Source of the DNA: Bacilli bacterium
GTDB lineage: Bacteria > Bacillota_I > Bacilli_A > RFN20 > CAG-826
DNA length: 64,000 bases
Assembly: GCA_031556235.1 (NCBI GenBank)
Contig: JAVBTH010000001.1
Location: 590,763 to 654,762 of the forward strand
Direction of reading: 5' to 3'
Shown here: piece after piece, positions 61,432 to 64,000 of the stretch
How positions within the stretch are numbered: the first letter of the stretch is position 1
Layout: the number at the start of each line of letters is the position of its first letter
Position numbers and translations under genes: made by a program
Notes under the pieces: generated by a model
Databases searched by the model: none
Seen by the model: the letters and a program-made list of their open reading frames with translations, nothing else
Told to the model about the DNA's origin: nothing

Positions 61432-61905
61432 ATGAAAAAAATAGGATTACTGTTTATTTTAATAGCTAGTTTCCTTTTAAGTTCTTGCGGATATGATACA
61501 GATTACTTTTTTTGCAATTTTCAAAACGAAAATAACGAAAATATTTATGTAAGTTCGCTATATGGAGAGCGCAAAGTTGGAACTGATACTGGCTTTATAA
61601 CCTATCTTGTTTTTAAAATCGAAAAGTTTGAGAATATTGATATAACTGTAATTGTTCCAAATAAAGTTTATGTAGAAAAATATGAAAAATATATTACATT
61701 ATATGCCTTAGGCGCTAAACCTGTTGTTGGAACGCCTGTACCGATAAAATCTCATATTGAAATTTATGTTAATCAAGAACATAATCCAGATGTTCATTAT
61801 AATTTTAATATTGACTGCAGCGGTTTAACAGTTGGAGGAGTAATAGAATCTGTTCACGCTTATGCTTTGAACGATGGTTTTGATTATTCATATTGTTTCG
61901 TTTAG
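61432..61905 (+). CDS. hypothetical lipoprotein
   Basis: SD AGGAG precedes ATG 61432. Signal peptide with lipobox LLSSC. Confidence 0.6.
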   Translation: MKKIGLLFILIASFLLSSCGYDTDYFFCNFQNENNENIYVSSLYGERKVGTDTGFITYLVFKIEKFENIDITVIVPNKVYVEKYEKYITLYALGAKPVVGTPVPIKSHIEIYVNQEHNPDVHYNFNIDCSGLTVGGVIESVHAYALNDGFDYSYCFV

Positions 61906-62014
61906 TTGGCAAGATGTTTTATAAGGTTATAATTTTATTTCGAAAGGTGCCAAACTGGTTCTTTATTTTTAAAATATTTAGTGCATAGAATAAAGTAGGG
62001 AAGGGAGATAATTT

Positions 62015-62677
62015 ATGAAATTTGGTTGTATACTTAAAGAAAAACGAATTGAGAAGAATTTGACCCAGGAAGAACTTGCTGATTTGTTATATGTAACACG
62101 ACAAACTATTTCAAAATGGGAAAATGGATTGAGATACCCTGATTATGAAACATTAAATAAAATCTCTTTGATACTAGAAGTCTCTGCAAACGAACTTTTA
62201 GGTCAAAGTGAGATAAATAATCTTACGATTGAGGTCGCAAATAGCCAAAAAAAGAAGAAGCATCGTTCGATTATTGCAATAATGCTCAATTTAATAAGTT
62301 TCTCAATGGTTATCGTTGCTTCGTTAACTATGGCACCAAAATTATTTTCCAATTACAGTAATATAGAAGATTATCTTGAGTATTATAAGTTAAGTGATGG
62401 TAAAGGGATTGAAGTTTATTGTTGGCAAAATAACCAAAAATGGTTTTGTGGTGCATTGAGTGGGACAAATAGATTAAAGACACCAGAAGAAGTTAATTCT
62501 TTAGCACCTATAACGCTCAACAAAATGAAATCCATATTAAAAACTTATAATTTACCAAAGGAGACGTTTATCGTTCATGCTGTATCATATCCTTGTGAAC
62601 AATATGATATTTCGGTCGGAATGTGGGGAAATACTGAATTTCTTGATTTCTTGAATGAAAAACTGGGATTAATATAA
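62015..62677 (+). CDS. membrane-anchored XRE-family HTH transcriptional regulator
   Basis: N-terminal HTH LTQEELADLLYVTRQTISKWENG, a central TM helix (IIAIMLNLISFSMVIVASL), and an extracytoplasmic domain of about 110 aa. Confidence 0.8.
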   Translation: MKFGCILKEKRIEKNLTQEELADLLYVTRQTISKWENGLRYPDYETLNKISLILEVSANELLGQSEINNLTIEVANSQKKKKHRSIIAIMLNLISFSMVIVASLTMAPKLFSNYSNIEDYLEYYKLSDGKGIEVYCWQNNQKWFCGALSGTNRLKTPEEVNSLAPITLNKMKSILKTYNLPKETFIVHAVSYPCEQYDISVGMWGNTEFLDFLNEKLGLI

Positions 62678-62708
62678 TTTAGTTTGTTTAATATCGAATT
62701 AATAAAAG

Positions 62709-62744
62709 TACCGAGCTCAAAAGGAGTTCGGTATTTATTATTTT
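62709..62744. terminator. bidirectional intrinsic terminator
   Basis: 10-bp stem TACCGAGCTC/GAGTTCGGTA (one G:U pair) with T-rich flanks, lying between convergent genes. Confidence 0.7.
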
Positions 62745-62761
62745 GCAGACAAAAGTATCGT

Positions 62762-64000
62762 TTATTCTATCGATTTTAAAGAACTAATCGCGTCAATTTT
62801 TATTATTTTATTATAAAGCATTGCGTCAACGATGAACACGAATATAAAAGAGATTATTGCAGTCATAAACCATGATAATAAACTAACATCAGCTAAGGCA
62901 CCAAACTCTAGATATGTGAATACAAAATCTACAAAGAAATAGCCAAGTGGCAAACCACAAGCAATCCCGATGAAACAGAGTATAAAAACTTCTCGATAAA
63001 TATATCCCACAACTTCAAAGTTGTTATAGCCGAGAACTTTAAGCGTGGCAATTTCTCTTTTTCGTTCTTCGATATTCATATTAGTTAAATTAAATGTAAC
63101 TAAAATACTTAATATAGCGGCGCAGGCAATTATAATCCAGGCAATTAGTTCCACCATACCGCCCGCTCTAATGGTTGCATCTTTAATAGTTGCGTCTCTA
63201 AGACCTAATCCCGCAAAAACTAAGGCAGTTGAACCGGCAGTGGATAGGACAGTCATAAAGAATCTTTTTAAATAACGAAAGATATTTCGAAACGAAGATT
63301 TGTATTTGAATTTGAGACGATTCCATATAAACGGAATTCTCTCTAGAAAAACTTTTCCGCCAGTTTTTGGTGCTTTAACATTGAACAGTTGACATGGTTT
63401 TTCTTTAAAAAACTTATTTAAGACGGAATTGGTTATAATTAACGCTACTAAAGCAATCACACCAAAAGATATTAGCCCAAAATTAACATTGATGATTGGA
63501 CTCATTTTTGGCATGTAGAATAAACCTGCAAATGAAACATAGATGGAGTTGGTTAATGTTAATTCTCCGACTATGATGCCAAGCAATCCGCCTAACAAGC
63601 AGCACAAACTTCCAAACAACAAGTATTTAAAACGAATGCTGCTTTTTTTGTATCCTAGAGATAAATAACAGCCAATTGTTTTACGTTCATCTTCGACTAG
63701 TCTAGTCATCGTCGTTAAAACCACTAAGCTAATGACGACAATAAAGAAAATTGGAAAAATATAACTAATGGAAATCATTTTCTTTATATTCTCTTTGTAA
63801 GCTTTAAGGCTAATCATTTCCTCGTGTGTTAAATAAACTAAATCATCTGAGCTTAGTTCGCTCTCAAAAACCTCAATTTTTTGTTCAATGTATTCTTGAT
63901 ATTTATTCGTGAAGATATTATTAGAGTCAGATCTATTTAGCTTTAAGAAAATATCACTAACGATTGGTAGTTGAGAGTATTTATTATCAAAGCATAGTAT
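62762..64000 (-). CDS. FtsX/MacB-type ABC transporter permease, 5'-truncated by the window edge
   Basis: The track ORF starts at Met 63817, but I read the frame by hand and it stays open with no stop up to 64000. FtsX-domain helices are present twice (about aa 20-130 and 180-350 of the listed ORF). Confidence 0.75.
   Translation of the reverse strand: MLCFDNKYSQLPIVSDIFLKLNRSDSNNIFTNKYQEYIEQKIEVFESELSSDDLVYLTHEEMISLKAYKENIKKMISISYIFPIFFIVVISLVVLTTMTRLVEDERKTIGCYLSLGYKKSSIRFKYLLFGSLCCLLGGLLGIIVGELTLTNSIYVSFAGLFYMPKMSPIINVNFGLISFGVIALVALIITNSVLNKFFKEKPCQLFNVKAPKTGGKVFLERIPFIWNRLKFKYKSSFRNIFRYLKRFFMTVLSTAGSTALVFAGLGLRDATIKDATIRAGGMVELIAWIIIACAAILSILVTFNLTNMNIEERKREIATLKVLGYNNFEVVGYIYREVFILCFIGIACGLPLGYFFVDFVFTYLEFGALADVSLLSWFMTAIISFIFVFIVDAMLYNKIIKIDAISSLKSIE

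Overview
The window is about 64 kb of chromosomal DNA from a low-GC bacterium (roughly one-third GC by eye). It looks like a Bacillota or Mycoplasmatota relative (Erysipelotrichia/Acholeplasma-like); I cannot place it more precisely without a database. The standard genetic code applies: conserved genes such as ligA, rmuC and smpB end on TGA at their expected lengths, and Trp is encoded by TGG. I can support about 60 protein-coding genes, 4 tRNAs (Ile-GAU, Val-CAC, Thr-UGU, Leu-UAG), one THF (folT-type) riboswitch, and a set of intrinsic terminators and sigma-A-like promoters. Most of the content is housekeeping: M29 aminopeptidase, mntP, a P-type Ca-ATPase, glnA, rmuC, pcrA-ligA-gatCAB, uppP, smpB, comEB-ecfA1A2T-truA, yebC, rplM-rpsI, ugd and a MATE pump. 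I saw no CRISPR array, transposase, integrase or prophage. Five accessory patches stand out. (1) At 28.2-37.1 kb there is a compact glycan locus. Its first gene is one 1357-codon ORF that fuses an O-antigen-ligase/Wzy-like domain, a GT-B glycosyltransferase and a Wzx-type flippase. It is followed by an fnlABC/capEFG-like UDP-L-FucNAc triad and a VanZ-like protein interrupted by four Big_2 domains. (2) At 39.5-42.4 kb there is a strongly signalled, Ala-rich, repeat-containing surface protein with a C-terminal TM anchor. (3) At 42.4-43.7 kb there is a terminator-insulated, membrane-anchored protein with an Mrr-type restriction-endonuclease domain. (4) At 51.1-55.2 kb there is a run of genes (isomerase-like, unknown, ASCH-like, AlkD-like, then Fic) next to the rplM operon. 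(5) At 13.8-15.8 kb there is an operon of three unknown membrane proteins, one carrying a PY repeat encoded by a hexanucleotide microsatellite. All functional calls come from motifs read in the translations. None has been checked against a database.
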